From the NCBI GenBank assembly GCA_001949185.1, contig BDGG01000005.1:2829972-2893971 (forward strand): a stretch of 64,000 nt of DNA, written 5' to 3'. A program made the translations under genes and the position numbers. Below the pieces are notes generated by a model that did no database searches, was not told the origin of the DNA, and was given only the letters and a program-made list of their open reading frames with translations. This document shows positions 27,093 to 41,385 of this stretch, piece after piece; within the stretch, counting starts at the first letter, position 1; every line of letters starts with the position of its first letter. The stretch comes from Ramazzottius varieornatus. Lineage: Eukaryota > Animalia > Tardigrada.

Positions 27093-29713
27093 CTAAGTCT
27101 TGGCATGGACAAAAGTCTTGGCAAGTGGTTTCCGAAACAGTGGCTCCGCCAGCTGTGTTCGCTTACGGTTGAAACAGAACCGGGCTGACATCCCGTTGGC
27201 CACTGCGCGAACTGCATCCTTCAGACTTTCCTCGGTATACTTCCGGCGTTTCTTGCTGTTAAAACTTTCCGACATTTGCTAAGCTCAAGTTACTCAAGAC
27301 TGGAAGAAAAATTCAAGAAAGAATACGACAGAATTTCAAATGATACTGGAGTGACTGAACAATAAAAAGCGCATTGCGAAATTCCGACTTCATGACGTCA
27401 CACGACCAGTTTCTGTTCCGATACAACATTCTTTAAGTTAAAATGCCGCCGGGCCGTGCTGCCAAGACTATTGTCCATGCCAAGANTTAGGCCAGGCGCG
27501 TGTACAATATCTCCACAAATGAAATTTTGACTGTACTGTACGACCACTACGCGTACCCCGTCAATTTTATCATTCGAAAGACAGGATTGTTGTCCGTCCG
27601 AACTGGCACTTTTTCCTTCTCGCTTTCTCACCTTGTTTCTGGGCATGTGTGCTGAACTCCAAACGTACTCGGGCGGCATCAGCACGTGTGCTGGCACTTG
27701 GCAGTGGTGCCGAAGATCAGCAATGTCTTTGGCGTGTTTATTCGACTTCCGGTGCGAGGACTTCAACATGGAAACACGTCCGGCCCACAGGACTGCGGTC
27801 AGACGTAGATGGTGTGAGATGAAGAACGCATGAGACCAGAAGCGTCCCATTCATCCGGTAGGGTGGAAGATCCAGGCAACCTTGCGAAGACTCGCAGTTC
27901 CGTGTCGGGTAGGATGTCTTTAACGGTCACGAAATAGATGGAATCGCGCTGTTGGTACGACATGACATTGATTTCGGGTAAGCTGAAAGACGGCTGGAGG
28001 AAATTTGTCCAACTGCAAACTTCGTCGTTGCGAAGATCGTAAGCCATGAAACCCCGGCCTATCTCTGACCAGTGGACATATCGAACAGGTAGTGAAGGTT
28101 TTTTTACCTGCTCCAGATGTAGCAGGGGAGCCACGAGAGGCCTAAAAACTGTGCCGGTCCTTATTTTACGTTTCGTGAAGAGGGAAATGTTGTTGCTGTT
28201 GTTGGAGCAGGATACGCGGAAGGCATCTGGTAGGGAGGAGTAAGCCAGGGAGACATCTCGATGACGCCTAACGAGTGGTGATCGAGCGGCTACTTAATCT
28301 CTATAATTTCTCGTCCTGCGTGTACCACTGTACCTCGTACTACGAACTTACGATCATACAGCACCACTGCTGATAACGAAAGTGACCCCATAACGTGCCA
28401 TCGTGTTATAAACTACCGGAGTGGTCCTAGTGGTGTCCGTTTTACAGTAAAATAATACCGAACAGCCTCGAATAGAGCAAATGACCACAGATCGACAAAC
28501 ACAGGTAAATTAACGCAGTCAGAGGATACCATAGGCTAACGGGGGAGCCAAAAGGAAGGAAAAATATGCACATGACAAAAGAATAGAATCTGCCCCCACA
28601 AACTTTTCTATGGCATACAAGCGCCAGAAGAGGAAAGGCAGCCTCGCGCTGGAGAAATGACGACAAAAACATCGCAGTTGCTAAAGGTGAACGAAAGGAC
28701 TCACTCTACTTTAACAAGAATAATTAGTCTGAGCAGAGAAATGTGATCGGATGTCATACAACGCCCCAAGTCGACCCTTCGAAGACCTGACATTCGGTCA
28801 AGCATCTGCGTCATCTTTTGCCACTGGTCCTCTCGATGCTCCAACTATCGAGTGGCGAACCGAAAGCTCTTTGCACGCTTATGGCATATCAGGTATTCAG
28901 GTACGAAGTTATCTGCAACAACAAGGAACCGGAAGCTATCAATTCCGATTCATAAATTCATCAAAGTGACAGAGCGCTTACCAAGACTCAAAACTTCGCT
29001 CTTAAAATTCTTACAATCTGCGAGAAGGATCACCACTACTCGTAATTTTGATGTTCTTATAAGGTTTTGTGCATTCAAGCAAACTCACATCAGTGAATGG
29101 AGTTGCAGAGATACATGTGCGGTAATTATTCAGGTCCAAGAGAACACTAGTACTGATACAGTCGGACGGCCAGTCCATGTTTGTCCTGGGACGCTTTGGG
29201 CGCAGGCATTTCAGGCTTCGGACTTTGGACGGGCACCTTTTGCTGTGGTGTACTGTTGTTGTCGACAGGAGCGTCAGTAGCAGCGTCAGGCGGGACGATA
29301 TGTACTTCCGGTCGCTTCGTTGGCTGCTTCTTCAGGTATGCACTGTGTTCAAGCTTGGCTGCTTTCTGTGCTCGACGTTCCTTCAGGCGTTCCTTTGAGT
29401 GCACCGACAGTGGCTCTTCTGGAAACAGGGTGGGGATGGCTCCAGGTTTTAGCTTGGGCTTGCAGGGGTTGGCGAAGATGTTTCCTTTACCGTCGTGCGA
29501 TGCTTCCATGCGGATGATCAAATCAGGCTCAAAATGACGCTCACATACTCTGATCTCCTTGGGGAATTCCCTGGGCTCTTCCCATCTCTTTGGCAGTACC
29601 TTGATCCACTCATCCCGAGAACCCACTGGACAGACGAAGACGGCGGGTTTGGGACCGGAGTAGGATCTGTAGGAGGTGAGACATCCAGCAGCGCGGCAAC
29701 CAGAACGAGGCAT
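27093..29713 (-). pseudogene. THAP - PR knuckle - PR/SET - pipsqueak HTH paralogue A (decayed)
   Basis: THAP CRAAGC...W...VCERHF...KLKPGAIPTLFP (29713-29420); LAYSSLPD...GTVFRPLVAP...CSWTNFLQP...QQRDSIYFVTVKDILPDTELRVF (~28250-27890); psq RKYTEESLKDAVRAVANGMSAR (27275-27190); linkage of the parts into one gene is inferred. Confidence 0.75.
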
Positions 29714-29979
29714 TCCTGCAAAAGGCAAACACGACACCGTTAGACCAGTTGTTAGGACTCCCCACGAGGGAGCAGCTCCACAAGTTAGGATACGATCTGT
29801 GATGCAACTGATGTTGGTTCTGAGGAGAGCTAGTCTTAGCTGGACATGTGGAAGTTACGAGACGATGACAAATTATCGAGTAAAATACGTTGACCAAGTT
29901 ATCAAGTATCAACAAGACTTGCGAGCAGCTAGGCTGAGATAGCTAACACAGTAAGGCTCACCAAACTAACTTTACTGTC

Positions 29980-31015
29980 ACTTGTTGCTCATCCCGACTA
30001 ACGCCATCTCTTTGTTCCTTTGTTGAATCGGGTGCGAGAACAGCTGCAACAAGACTCTATGCTGGCTCAAATCAATGTTCCAAAAGCAGGCTTGACTTAC
30101 ACGGAACTCTTGCTGGGTAGGCTGCAGCTTCGGGCGGAATGCAGCGAGTTTCCTGTTCGCCAAATTGCGGACCTTTTAGGGACCTCAATACGCCCTTGGT
30201 TGAGACCAACGCGTTGCATGTTGGGGATCATCTTTTCGGCGTCCGTGTGGTTGAAACAGGGTCCGTCGAAGTTTTGCTTGCCCTTAAGGCGATCTGCAAG
30301 CCTATTTGCGCTTACGATGAATGTAAGTATGGGGAATACCTTCGAACAATTAACAAGCCGTTGCCGTAGTACATAGTACATTTACATGTGCGTTGGTTGA
30401 GTAGGACCAACAAGGAACTGCTCGAAACCACGCTTGGAGGTTCGTTGGTTTACGGTCGGAATGACACGATCCCATTCCCTCAACGCGTTTTGTAACGAAA
30501 ACTTAAGAAAGCAACCTCCATCATGAGTACTCGATTGAGTACCACGACGGCAGCACTCGTCTTCCGGACCAGCCACGCCCAAGATGTTGGGCACTTCCGG
30601 TCCCTTCTTTGAATGATTCTCCAGAGCAGCACCAAGCTAACGTACTCGCTTAGCTACTCTCTCTTCAGGGGATGCGGCAGACTGACGTCTCTTCTGTATC
30701 ACTGCCCATTCTGAAAAGATGGTGGAGCAGCCCCAGGTTGTCAGTAGAGGCTTGATGGGATAGGTGACCATGTTGCCGCTCTCGCTCTTGTCACAGAGCG
30801 GCGGGTGATCAGCCAAGGTTCGAAGAAATGACGTTCAAAACCACGATCACCTTCGGGGATTCCTCCTCCTCTTGCCATCTTCTTGGCAGCACTATTGGCC
30901 ATTCATCCCGGCTGGCGGTCAGACATCTAAATACTGCAGGCATCGGTCCATCCACTCCATCGTAGGCCTGACGAAAGGTGATGCATCCAGCAACGCGACA
31001 CTCAGAACGAGGCAT
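29980..31015 (-). pseudogene. THAP - PR knuckle paralogue B (highly decayed)
   Basis: MPRSECRVAGC...AVFRC...SRDEW..VLPRRW THAP with frameshift; NFDGPCFNH knuckle remnant near 30260. Confidence 0.6.
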
Positions 31016-31508
31016 TCTTCTCTCTTAAATCCCGTTCGCCTCTTCACGCTAGCATTGCAGACGAAAGGTACGCCATCCCAAGAAAGCACAAGGTGTTGGC
31101 CATTAACAACGAGCGTGGGAAAATCGTCGAGTAAACTGAAACGGTTACAGAAACAGAACATATGACATGAACAAAGAGTTGATGAAATCGACTCGTTCTG
31201 GATGCCAAGTAGAAACCACGGGTGTGGTGATCCACCCGCAATGGCGATTGTACTTGGCTTCTAGTCTGCATAGCCCATCTTAACTTCTCACGTTGGGCTT
31301 ACGGCCTGCCACGCAGTTTGGTTGGCTAATAAGCGACAAGCGATAGTAAGTTTGTTGTTGTTTTTGCTAAGCTTATAATATAGTAGGATTTCCGGTTGGT
31401 CTCTTCTAATACTATGAACTTTCTCAGCCTTTAGAAGTATCCCAAGCCTACTGGATGCTACCGCGACCCAGAGGTTCTAAGATATACTTCGTCTCCTGAC
31501 AGCCAAGA

Positions 31509-34500
31509 TATGGGCGATACCAGATTCTCAAGATGCGTCGTTTCCGGATGCCCACAATCTCCAGGGATTACGCTGGTCCACCTGTATCTCAGTTCAGATC
31601 CCCACAGAAGTCTCGAGAAGAATGGTGAAGAGCGATACCGCACAAGATGAATCTCATGCCTGGAAACATCACTATCTGTGAACGACTCTTCGAGCCTGAT
31701 GATGTTCAGCGTGCAGGAAGACGTCTCGGCTCTTCCGGCCATATCGTTACCTACAGGCTGGCCAAACCTGCACTGAAGCCTGGCGTTATACCCACGAAGT
31801 TCCCTGATCGTGCTTTCCGACGAAATCTAGGGTACCGAAGGCTCCTAGGACCTCTAGCGGTAGGCTGAAAATTTGGAGCCTCAAGGCGGAGAAATGAGCT
31901 TAGATGGCAATCATGGCATACTAATTTCACCGTTACTTTGTAGCTATCGCTGACTTCTCTTCTGCTCTATCCCGAAGCGTGAGCACAGCTTCACATGATT
32001 CCTTGGAACCGTCGGCTCATTACTTGAAGCAGAAGTGCATTAGTCAGACTTGCGTGAATGGAGCGACACTGCTGAAACGGCGGATAAACCGTTCCACATG
32101 TTAGTGACTTTCGCAAGTTGGCAGTATCAGCCCAGTTTACAATACAGCATCGATTTAAGGTCCAGAAGAGATTCCGGGGAACTACAAAATTTTAGAACGA
32201 ATAATTTTGCGTATTTTCGTTTTAGATTGTGGGAAATGTCAGGCGCACCAGGACGGTCCATGCTTTGAGCATGCACTTCCGGCAGACGTGATTTACGATA
32301 AGCCACCAGTTCCGCTAGCCTACCCCCCCCCTCCCAGATAACCTATTCATATCTTCACGGCTGACGAGTACTGGTAAACATCTCTCTGAATTCAGACAGC
32401 ATACATGTTCAGATGTTCCTACATTCTCGCATCTCTGTTGCAGAGGATGGACTTCCGGCTGTCACAGCCGAGGAATCTGTCAGCGCTAAAGACACGATCC
32501 GACCCGGCATGCTGTTCGGCCCGTTGATCGCTCCTCTGGTCCCACTGGAAGACGTCGAAGAACCTCCGCGGTATGTCCTATGGTCGGAAGACAGAGAAGA
32601 GTTTCAAGCCTACGACCTTCGGGACAATTTCGTCTGTAACTGGACCAAGTTCATTCGGCCCACTTCCGACTTTGCCCAAGTCAACGTCGTCGCCTACCAG
32701 CAGAAGGACCACATATACTTCTTCACCGTCAAAGAAATGCCTGTCGACACGGAACTGCGCGTCTTTGTCAAAGTCGCCAGTAACTGCAAGGTCTTGGAGG
32801 ACTGGGTTTCCACACTGGTCGGTTAGACCATCCATCCACGAGACCCACTGTCGGAAGCACAGTCGATCCATTTCGTGCTCCATACTCGACTACGTCTACG
32901 CTGCTTTTTTGTTGCAGATCACCTGCTGGCCGATCGCGATCAGATGGACGTGCCAATGGCGGGAGATGCCGAAGACTTCCCCGACGTGGATGATCGTTAT
33001 CCTTTTAGTCCCGAAATACCACCTCCTTTAGCTTGCAGCAGCAATAAGGGAAAACGTATGACCACGTCGCTATCCATAAGACCAAGACGGAATTACGCTC
33101 GAAGGGCCAAAATGCAGCGGACGAGCCATGAAGATGGCAGCTCGGAAAACGACGGGTGTGGTCACACGTCGGACGAATATGAATAGTTGGAGGACGAGAA
33201 AGAATTGACCGAGACAGACAATGATGTCAGTGAAGGTGACTTTGAACAACTGGAAGAGTATGAAGACGAAGGAAGGTGATGTTAAAAATACGACAAAGTC
33301 TGGTTGCTGTAGTCTGAAATTTCTGGTTGAAGGCTCGGCAAACAAGCTCGGCTAGATTGTTCGCCCAAGTGGCGCACGTTTCAGGAGATATCGGCTGGAA
33401 GCGTGCGCCATCTGAGAAATCATCTTGGCGTGTCTTGAAGTGGCGCACCTTTGCGGCAGTATTGTAAGGAAGCGTGCGCTACTTGGGAAAGCGATCTGGT
33501 CGATCTTTGTTTGTCAACCTTCATTTTCTCGGTTTGAATTTTACATGACTGTCACTGTGAATAAGCATAAAGCCAGAAAAGAAAAAACACTGTGAGAAGA
33601 AGCGCAGTCAAAAGCAAAAAGGGGAAAATGTCAGGAGATTGGAAAAGAGGATAGAGAAAGATGGAGGTATTGTTTATAACTTTATCAAGTCGGATGACTG
33701 TTATCCGTTCGAACTACCAACCTTTCGTTTTGGCAGAGCCTCCTCAAAAGAGAAAACTGACGGTTCAGCCCCAAAGGAAGCCTTTAACAATGGAGCACGA
33801 ACGAGCCAGACTAGAGCGGGTTAGAGTGTTTTCAAGGAGCGCCTGGAAAGTGCGGTCGGAGTTGTCTTCGGATGCCGTCAAATACAAAAAAAACGGTTTG
33901 TATTTGTACTGCTTTGATGACAGTGCATGCTTGACATTTGGAATATAATATGGCTTTGTTTAGAGTTGAATAGCGAGGAAAAAGCGGCCTTCGAAAGATG
34001 GCGAGAGCGTCGAAAGAAATACATGAAGGATGCCTACAGAGAACGCACTGAAGTAAACCGACGATACGCCAACGGTGGTAAGTTTTGATGGAATCTCGGT
34101 CGACACCACTCGAATGTTCGAATAAATTGTGCGCTTATCTGTCGTAGAAATCTCTCTGGAAGAAAAGCAGGCTTTGGAGAAAAGCGGTCCTTTCCTGGTG
34201 GATCAAGAGGCGTTCTTGCTGCTGCAGCAGTCTTTCTTGGTTAGTGATCAGTGTCTTCAGTCGACAGAACCTCCACCAAACTTTCGTTCGGAGCAGCTGG
34301 TTCGACCGCTAGGGCTGACTGCTGGAGAATTTGCTGACTCTCGGACGAGTAGGGTTGGCCCGCGTAGCTCATCATGGAAGACGGAGCAGGGGTGCGTTGC
34401 CGTCTGTAGGTGCATCGACGAGCTGACTTATTCGGTAAACTACAGATGTCCAGCTTCTCCACCTTCCGTCTCGATATCTGCGTGAGAATCGTTACCAGAA

Positions 34501-34891
34501 ATCAGAGAGCCTATCAGCTGTTAAATAGCGCCTGTCAGTTTTCCAGTGCGTTTCTTGGCGCACGGTACATGCATTCTTTTCCCAGTGCTTGATTTCTCCT
34601 GGCCCTCAGTCTGTTTATCTTTGTTGCGCAGGAAGGGGCAAGAACGGGCTTTCATCGGGAAGTACGGGTATGAAGCTTACGCGAACATAGACAAGGCGGT
34701 TGACGCTGTGATGAATAAGGGTATGACTGAAGCCGAAGCGCGGAAACTGTTAGATTCTCAGTGAAAATACTTTAAGGTTCCGCTTGGTCAGAGCCGGGTT
34801 CCTCCCTCAGAACAATGTCGCGAATACCAAAGCCCCTGACGCTGCTGCCATGGCTGATAACCCGGCCGTCTCGGATAAATTGAAGTGCTGA
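31509..34891 (+). pseudogene. THAP - PR knuckle - PR/SET - acidic/charged region - pipsqueak HTH paralogue C (disrupted)
   Basis: CVVSGC...ICERLFEP...ALKPGVIPTKFPD; CGKCQAHQDGPCFEH knuckle (~32228); PR/SET exon 32444-32821; psq-like IDKAVDAVMNKGMTEAEARK..ENTLRFRLVRAGF; frameshifts and stops. Confidence 0.75.
33334..33517. repeat. Palindromic intronic repeat, two-hairpin copy
   Basis: CTCGGCAAACAAGCTCG...CCAAGTGGCGCAC...GTGCGCCA...AAGTGGCGCAC...GTGCGCTACTTGG...TTGTTTGTC. Confidence 0.8.
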
Positions 34892-35095
34892 GTGACTGCT
34901 CTAGAGGGGAGTCACGATGGGCCTACTGCTTTGAGTGGGAGGACCAGTGCTTCATAGGACCTTCATTTCATAGGTCTTTCATTTCGTTGTTTTATCGGTC
35001 TTAAAGTCACGTTACTACTGCTGCTCGACTAATTTAGATAGTTCGATCTCTGGCCGACGGATAATGTAAGGTTTGGTATTTAATTTCAATCCGGG

Positions 35096-35905
35096 TAGAG
35101 CTGTTAATGGTTTGAACCATATGGTTTGGTTTGGTTTGGTTTATGTGGTGGTTTGCATGCCAAACCGGTCAAATGAAAATGGTTTCTCCCGCAAACCACC
35201 AAAAGTGGTCTGGTCTAAACTCCGGACCAGACCATTCAAACCAAATCACATAATCCGCCGGTTTGCACCGGTTTGCGAACAGCTTTTTTATCACCAGTAC
35301 ATAGTAAATTCTGACACAGTTTTCTTCAACTGACTAATCAACGAAAACAACTAACGAAGACATAAGAAGTTGAGCGACCGTTGCTGGTTTCTCCACAAAC
35401 AGACGCAAACAGAGAAAAATGGCGCATGCTGGACTTAAAAAAGCACCATGGCAAGCCATCCGGTAGTGCAATCATTTTCCACCAGCAGTGTTGTTCAACA
35501 CTGCCGGAACTGCGATTTATACCTGACGGAAGGCGTAGTTCTGATGTTGCGCAGCTTATGACACGATGCTCACCCAATTAAAGCTGTGCATCACGTGGCA
35601 CTCAGAACGATGTGGCAGCGCACGGTGGCAGTGGGGGGAAAAAGATTGGCACTGTCAGACGGCCAATTTCGGCCCGACTTCTAGCACAGAATCTGCAGCT
35701 TTTGTATGAAATTTCCCTTTACCGCAAACTATATTAAACCACATAAACCAGTGGTTCATATGGTTTGGCGTGAGATCGAAACCGGTTTGAGTAGTTCGGT
35801 TTGAGATGCCATATGGTTTGAGGTGGTTCGGTTTGGATGTCAAACCACGAACCACATAAACCATATAAACCACTAAGTGGTCTGGTTTGGTTTTTAACAG
35901 CTCTA
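35096..35905. mobile_element. hAT-type non-autonomous element (810 bp)
   Basis: TIR TAGAGCTGTTAA; perfect 8-bp TSD AATCCGGG (35088-35095, 35906-35913); dense GGTTT/AAACC subterminal repeats. Confidence 0.88.
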
Positions 35906-36728
35906 AATCCGGGCAAGCAAGCGGAAACAACTTTGTGAGTGACACTTGCCTGGTCGTGTAATTCGTCTGTTTGTAGAAATTTCTCTGGAAGAAAAGTAGC
36001 CCCCGAAAACCCGTGCGACGAATGACAATAGTGTACGATAATTTCAGAAGAGCTTTAATAGCTCCAAGTTGTATGGCTTGAGACAAAATCGCAAGCGTTC
36101 ACTGTCTCTGTTAGGGTGAACGAGAAGGATATTAAATTTTGTTGACCAAGGTTCTACGGTCAGACGTTTGTCATGGTGGTCTTTCGTTTCAATAATGTGC
36201 TCAGGCCCGCGAATGGGTTTGATGTAACCTAACTTTCTCATCTATGTCTCTTCTTGGGTTCAGGTTAGACGGCAAACTCGAAACAGCAACAAACGAAAAT
36301 GAATGAAGCCCCGTCATACAGACAATCACATTCATGTGTGACATGCTATCCCATGGGAAACGGCATATGCTAAAACCAGGGCCTGGACTGGATCGGTGGA
36401 TCCCTGTATCTGGATTCTGTATCTGGATTACGCCTGGATCTGTACTCTGTATCTGGACTATCATATTTTAAAACGGAGGTGACAGGTGAATGACAAAATT
36501 TTTTTACAAGGAACCACCGAAAAAAATCCCTAAATAAGACAGACAGAAATTCAGAAAACTGAAAATTCAGAATGAATTTTCAAACGAGGGGTACGGGTAT
36601 GATCCATAAAACATTAATGGTAATAGGAAAATAATAATTGATAAATTGAAGAGAAAAACTTTACCAGATATTTAAAACTGTCTCAGATGAATCTCAAACT
36701 GTTGTAGACAGGGCGTCTGTCGCGTCTT

Positions 36729-37368
36729 CTACCTCTTCTTTCCGTCTTTTTTTCCTACCTCTGGGTACGCTTTCACCATAGCATACTTGACCGAGTTCTG
36801 GATCGATTTCTGATCAGACAGGCTCAGCTCCGCGTAGTTCTTTTCTTTGAAGGAGACAGCAAGGCGTTCATACAGAACATCAGAGTAAACAAAGCTTTCC
36901 GCGTCTTCTTCCACCATCGCTGTTATCGCATATGTTAATGATCCTGTTGGCTTTGATGAAATTTCTTTTGTTGCGGTTTCAACAGCCGCATGCACGGGCG
37001 TGGTAAAAGGAGTGGGTGGCGGATTGGACGCAGGAGAATGCGCATACGTAAACATGTCGCAAAGCCGATTGTTTTGTCTGCAGTTTCGCCCTCCTAATAT
37101 TCCCCAGATATCGGTCGACAGTTTCAACTGAGTTTTGCAAATCTTCCGCAATTCGCCAGCTGTTTTCTTCCGGACCGTAATTCTTCCACTTGACAAGGTA
37201 CTGCTTTACTCCGTTTTCCGTCCTGTCTGCAATTGTTCCGTCCACTTCATATTCCAAAGGACCTTGATCTTCCACTGGAACAACGAGGAGAGGGGACGGC
37301 GGCGGCAATGAAATTCTTGATAACTGTCGTTCCTTCACTGGCACAACAAAGTCCAAGGGTCGCATTTT
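36729..37368 (-). pseudogene. Chromodomain protein inside the MULE (probable frameshift)
   Basis: EYEVDGTIADRTENGVKQYLVKWKNYGPEENSWRIAEDL chromodomain with Y/W/Y cage residues; C-terminal helical region lies in an overlapping frame. Confidence 0.75.
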
Positions 37369-37720
37369 CAAATGACAATATTTTTGATCAAGTTCAGTAA
37401 GAAATGCAAATACCGATGTTAAGACCAAACGTAAAATTCGGGCGCAGAGTGAACTCTGACTAAATGAGTGCATTAAGCGCGATCGGATTTACCAAGGAAC
37501 GAATAACACGAAATGACAGAATACTGGTCGGTGGCTGACCGTGGCTAACCTCGCCCGGTTAGAAACGACAGTCACTACCCGGTTCAGAATGTCAAACTGG
37601 ACAGCTGATTTCCTGTTGTCAGTTCGAAATACCGTGGCAACAACTTTTCGCTAAGTCATAAAACGGGTGACTGAAGACGCAGAATATAGACAAAAAACTT
37701 TACTGTGGCTAATTTCGAAC

Positions 37721-40700
37721 TTAGACCTTCTTTCCGGTGAACTGCTTCAAAAACTTTCTGTGGCTTGGCTCAAACGATTCTTTGTCCTCGGTTCGAATCA
37801 CGATGTCGGATGGGTTGAATTCTTTGTCGTGCTTCTCAACGCATTTTGCGTTAGCGTGGAAGTAAACCGGAGAAACTTTTCCATTTTGTTCTTGATTGTT
37901 CTTCTTGAAGGATCGTATCATCTGACTGACGACGACCAGGTCTTTCGGGGGACTGGGAGCATTACCGTCCAACCGGAACTCGGTATGACAACCAAAGCAT
38001 TTTTTCACACTTCCGTGACAGCCAGACAGAAAACGAAGCTCGTAAGTGAATGGCTCGACAGCTGCAACGGAATTCTTGGTTCGCTTCTTCGCTGTGTTCT
38101 CTGCGGCTGTTCGATAAGCCAAGGCTTTACCTGAAACTGACCAGCATCACACAATCGTTCCGCTACCATGAGGTCAGAAAAGATGAAATACCTTCAGCAG
38201 AAGTTAAAGTTGAAACCTGCGACGTCTTTTCGGTAGTACCAAGACGGCGCTGGGTCCGGTTGTGACGTTTTAGTCCAATGCCTTTTGCAAGCTGGAATGA
38301 CGCAATCTTGTCTAACAGGGCCTCGGACTTCTTTTTGTTGTCCCACATTGCGTATGCCGCGCTGACTTTCTTGACGGCAGCGACAGCCAGCGCGTGTTGA
38401 CATATCTTCCCAACTCTGTATGGAAGACAAGTCTTTGCGTCGCAGGCTACCTGTCCGGTCTTCGGGTTAATGGTAACGGTATGAAATTGATTTCTGTGAC
38501 TGGCCACAATGAAGCACATGTTGTCATCACCCGGCGCAGCGATGATATACTTCTTGTTGTCCACCAAAGCCCGCGCTTTCACTTTGAGCTGAAGACGCTG
38601 TCCACCTTGTATATTCGCAAAGCCATCGAGCAGTGACTCTTCAGAGTCAACAGGGGAAGCACGAGGGGAGGAAGCTTCGGGCAGAGTCTTCTGAGTGAGC
38701 TCGAAAACTTCGCCTTCCAAAGAATCCTTAACGATAACCACGTCTACTTCCTTCTTCAACACAGGCTGGGTGTGTATCTTTCTCAGAAGCTTCTTTCTGT
38801 CTTTTTCCGATTGCCTAATTAAAGACTTAGAATTGTTGACTTTCGAATTTATCAAAGGCTTGAGCTAACGAAAGGGACGAGACTACCGCCTGATCACTTA
38901 CACCCGAAAAAAATCTGTGGCCCGGACTTTCAGATGGTTGTATTGGTCGAGCAGATCCATTCCAGGTGTTCGGTCGATCAGCGTCTCTTCAATGTTCTTT
39001 TCTTGTTTCTGCACGAGCTTCTGCATTGTCTCAACAAAGGGAGTGAGCTTCATCTTCTCTTTGCCTGTCTGCCGCTTTATTACGGAGTGCATACATTCGT
39101 TTGCGTTCTGAGTATAGACGTCCAAGTTCAGCTGACAAGCGATCCGTGTCGACAGCGACATGCAGTTCTGTATCAGGTGCTCTTTCTTCTCCTTGAACTA
39201 CGAGACAAACTCAGCGCCTTCTTCCATGATCGCAGTTCATTTCTCATACAGGGCACCAGCTGCAGTCTCGAAGTCTCCCCCTGCACAGTCCACCAAACCA
39301 GCCGTTTTGTCTGTGCCTTGCTTCTTTCCGAAGATGTCTTGAATGACCTGCATAGAGACGTCAGGTTTTTCCCAAGGGCACGAAGCTTCTTCTCTATGTT
39401 ATCGCGCATGTGTATGTCACAGAGAAGATGGTTCGCCGCTGGAAAGAGATCTTTGAACGGCTGGTACAAAGCCGGATCACCATCAGTGCCATACACCTTC
39501 AAGTCTACCAACTCAGAACAATGTTTCTTCAGAGAAGCTGCCCTCTGCCAGTACGTCGCTCGCGACTTGTCTTGATGGATGAAGATAGCACCTGAACATG
39601 AACAGGTTAGCTTCACATATGATTTTGATAAGCAGTGGACTATCAATACCGAAACTCCTTTAGTATCATCGTTAATGAAACTTACCGAGCATGACTGGAT
39701 GATCCCCAATATTGGCAGATCTCGACCGAAGAAGCAGGTGTCGATACGTCACAGCAGTAACGAAGATCGTTCCCACGTTGAACATGGTGTCGACGCCAAG
39801 CACAGAAAAATTATCAGCATTCGTGCAGAATCGTACCATGTCATCGAGCTGTCTCTGTGTTGCGCAGAAGATGAAGAGCGATGGGACTGCGTGGATTTCG
39901 TTGATGAATCTGAGAGACGGAAAGTCGAATTCTTTCTTGCATTTTTCCTGGAGTCCCATGATGTCATCTACTGGCTGCGCGTCTTGAGTTAAATTTCGGA
40001 TTTGTTTCGTGCCGGTTGGGATACTAGCGGGGTTCTTTACTGTGTAGATCTCATCGCGATCCTCTTCAAAGGTCTTCAGAGCGATGCCGCGGTCTTGGCT
40101 CTTTAATGACTCCTTCACGCTTTGATAGCTTCGACTGTAAGGCTTTGATCCGTGTCAACGGTTACCATGCTGTGAAGGTTCGAAGGAATATGCCTCCTTG
40201 TCAAACTGGTAATACAGAAAGGAGTAATCACACTTGGCATGGCTGTCGTCGTGAGCGCGAATGTACACTCGTCTGAAGTCTTTGGACGAGTTGCAGATCC
40301 AAGTCTGTCGAGTGAACCAGTATCCCTCTTCATCAGCGTCGTACTCTTCCTTCGTTGCGCTCATCAATTTACCTTCAGTGCGGGTGAAATAGAAGGAGCG
40401 CGGACCGTGTGCTGCAGAATATGCTCCGTTATCGTCGGAGAGAACATCACGCGGATCAGTCAGCGACTTCTCATGCATGATTAACACACAATGATCTTCT
40501 GGTCTAAATGGCGGATCTTTCGCGACAGGATCGATTTCCAAATGGACGTCCAGTAACAGCTGGACAGCATCAAACGTGCCGACTGTCTGGTTCCTTCCTC
40601 GACTGAAGCAGTATGTGTTAGCGTACTTGCAAGGCGAATATCCCAAGCTACCTCTGTAAACAATATTAACAGTCGCTTGTTGATTTCTGAACGTGGTTTG

Positions 40701-41385
40701 TCTTGTGAATCGGATAATAGCAATTATCTAATTATAAGTTCGCAATTAAATTTCTGATGCAAAGCTAGTCTTAAACCAGAACCGGCTCACCTGAGCTCAT
40801 CAACGTCCTCTGGATCGAGGTTGAACGATTTTTCTGCTTCTGGTGTCTCCTCGTGTTCGGAACTGATGGTCTGGTAATCATCGGTTACTCTGAATGCTGC
40901 CTTCAAATTCCTCCGCGCACCTTGATCCTCTTCGTCACTGCTGTCGAGCGTGATGACGTCTTTACTTGGCTGCTTCTTTCCGGTGATTGAGAGTACGGTT
41001 GACTGTCTTCCCGCACTTCCCGACAAGTACGCGCTCAAGTGTCTTTTGAAGCCCCGATCAATCTAGAAGACCATCAGACCATCACATGTTGAAATTGAGA
41101 TTATGGAGGTTATCGTGTTCGTATTAGGATAACTAATTAATCCCTTACCGCTTGAAACGACGATGGTTTTTTAATGGGGCTGTTTGGCAAACTGCTTTTA
41201 ATTTCGGAATTATACGGCACAAGCAAGGGAAATCTGCAACCCAAAAGCGTGATGGTCAATATTCAATTTTTTTTCATGATCTGATATTTTTCTAATGGCT
41301 TAATGGCTAAAACGCGAATGTCCACTTACGATGATTTCTCTCTGCTGTCGTTTTCGGCCTCATTCCCGCTGGATGACTCCTCCAT
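37721..41385 (-). pseudogene. MULE transposase with SWIM and C-terminal Cys/His finger, multi-exon, disrupted
   Basis: VLGVDTMFNVG, YGTDGDPAL, HLLCDIHMRDNI (CxxH), TQNANECMH, SWIM CDAKTC...ICQH, C-terminal CFGC...YFHANAKC; TGA at ~40155, frameshift near 39365 and further stops. Confidence 0.85.

Noticed and set aside
29147-31868. THAP ORFs as P-element/THAP9 transposases
   Set aside because: No DDE core, TIRs or 8-bp TSD found; downstream exons encode PR knuckle and PR/SET instead
38934-39575. 213-aa plus-strand ORF and similar long antisense ORFs
   Set aside because: Shadow frames of the MULE transposase and other genes; no motifs of their own
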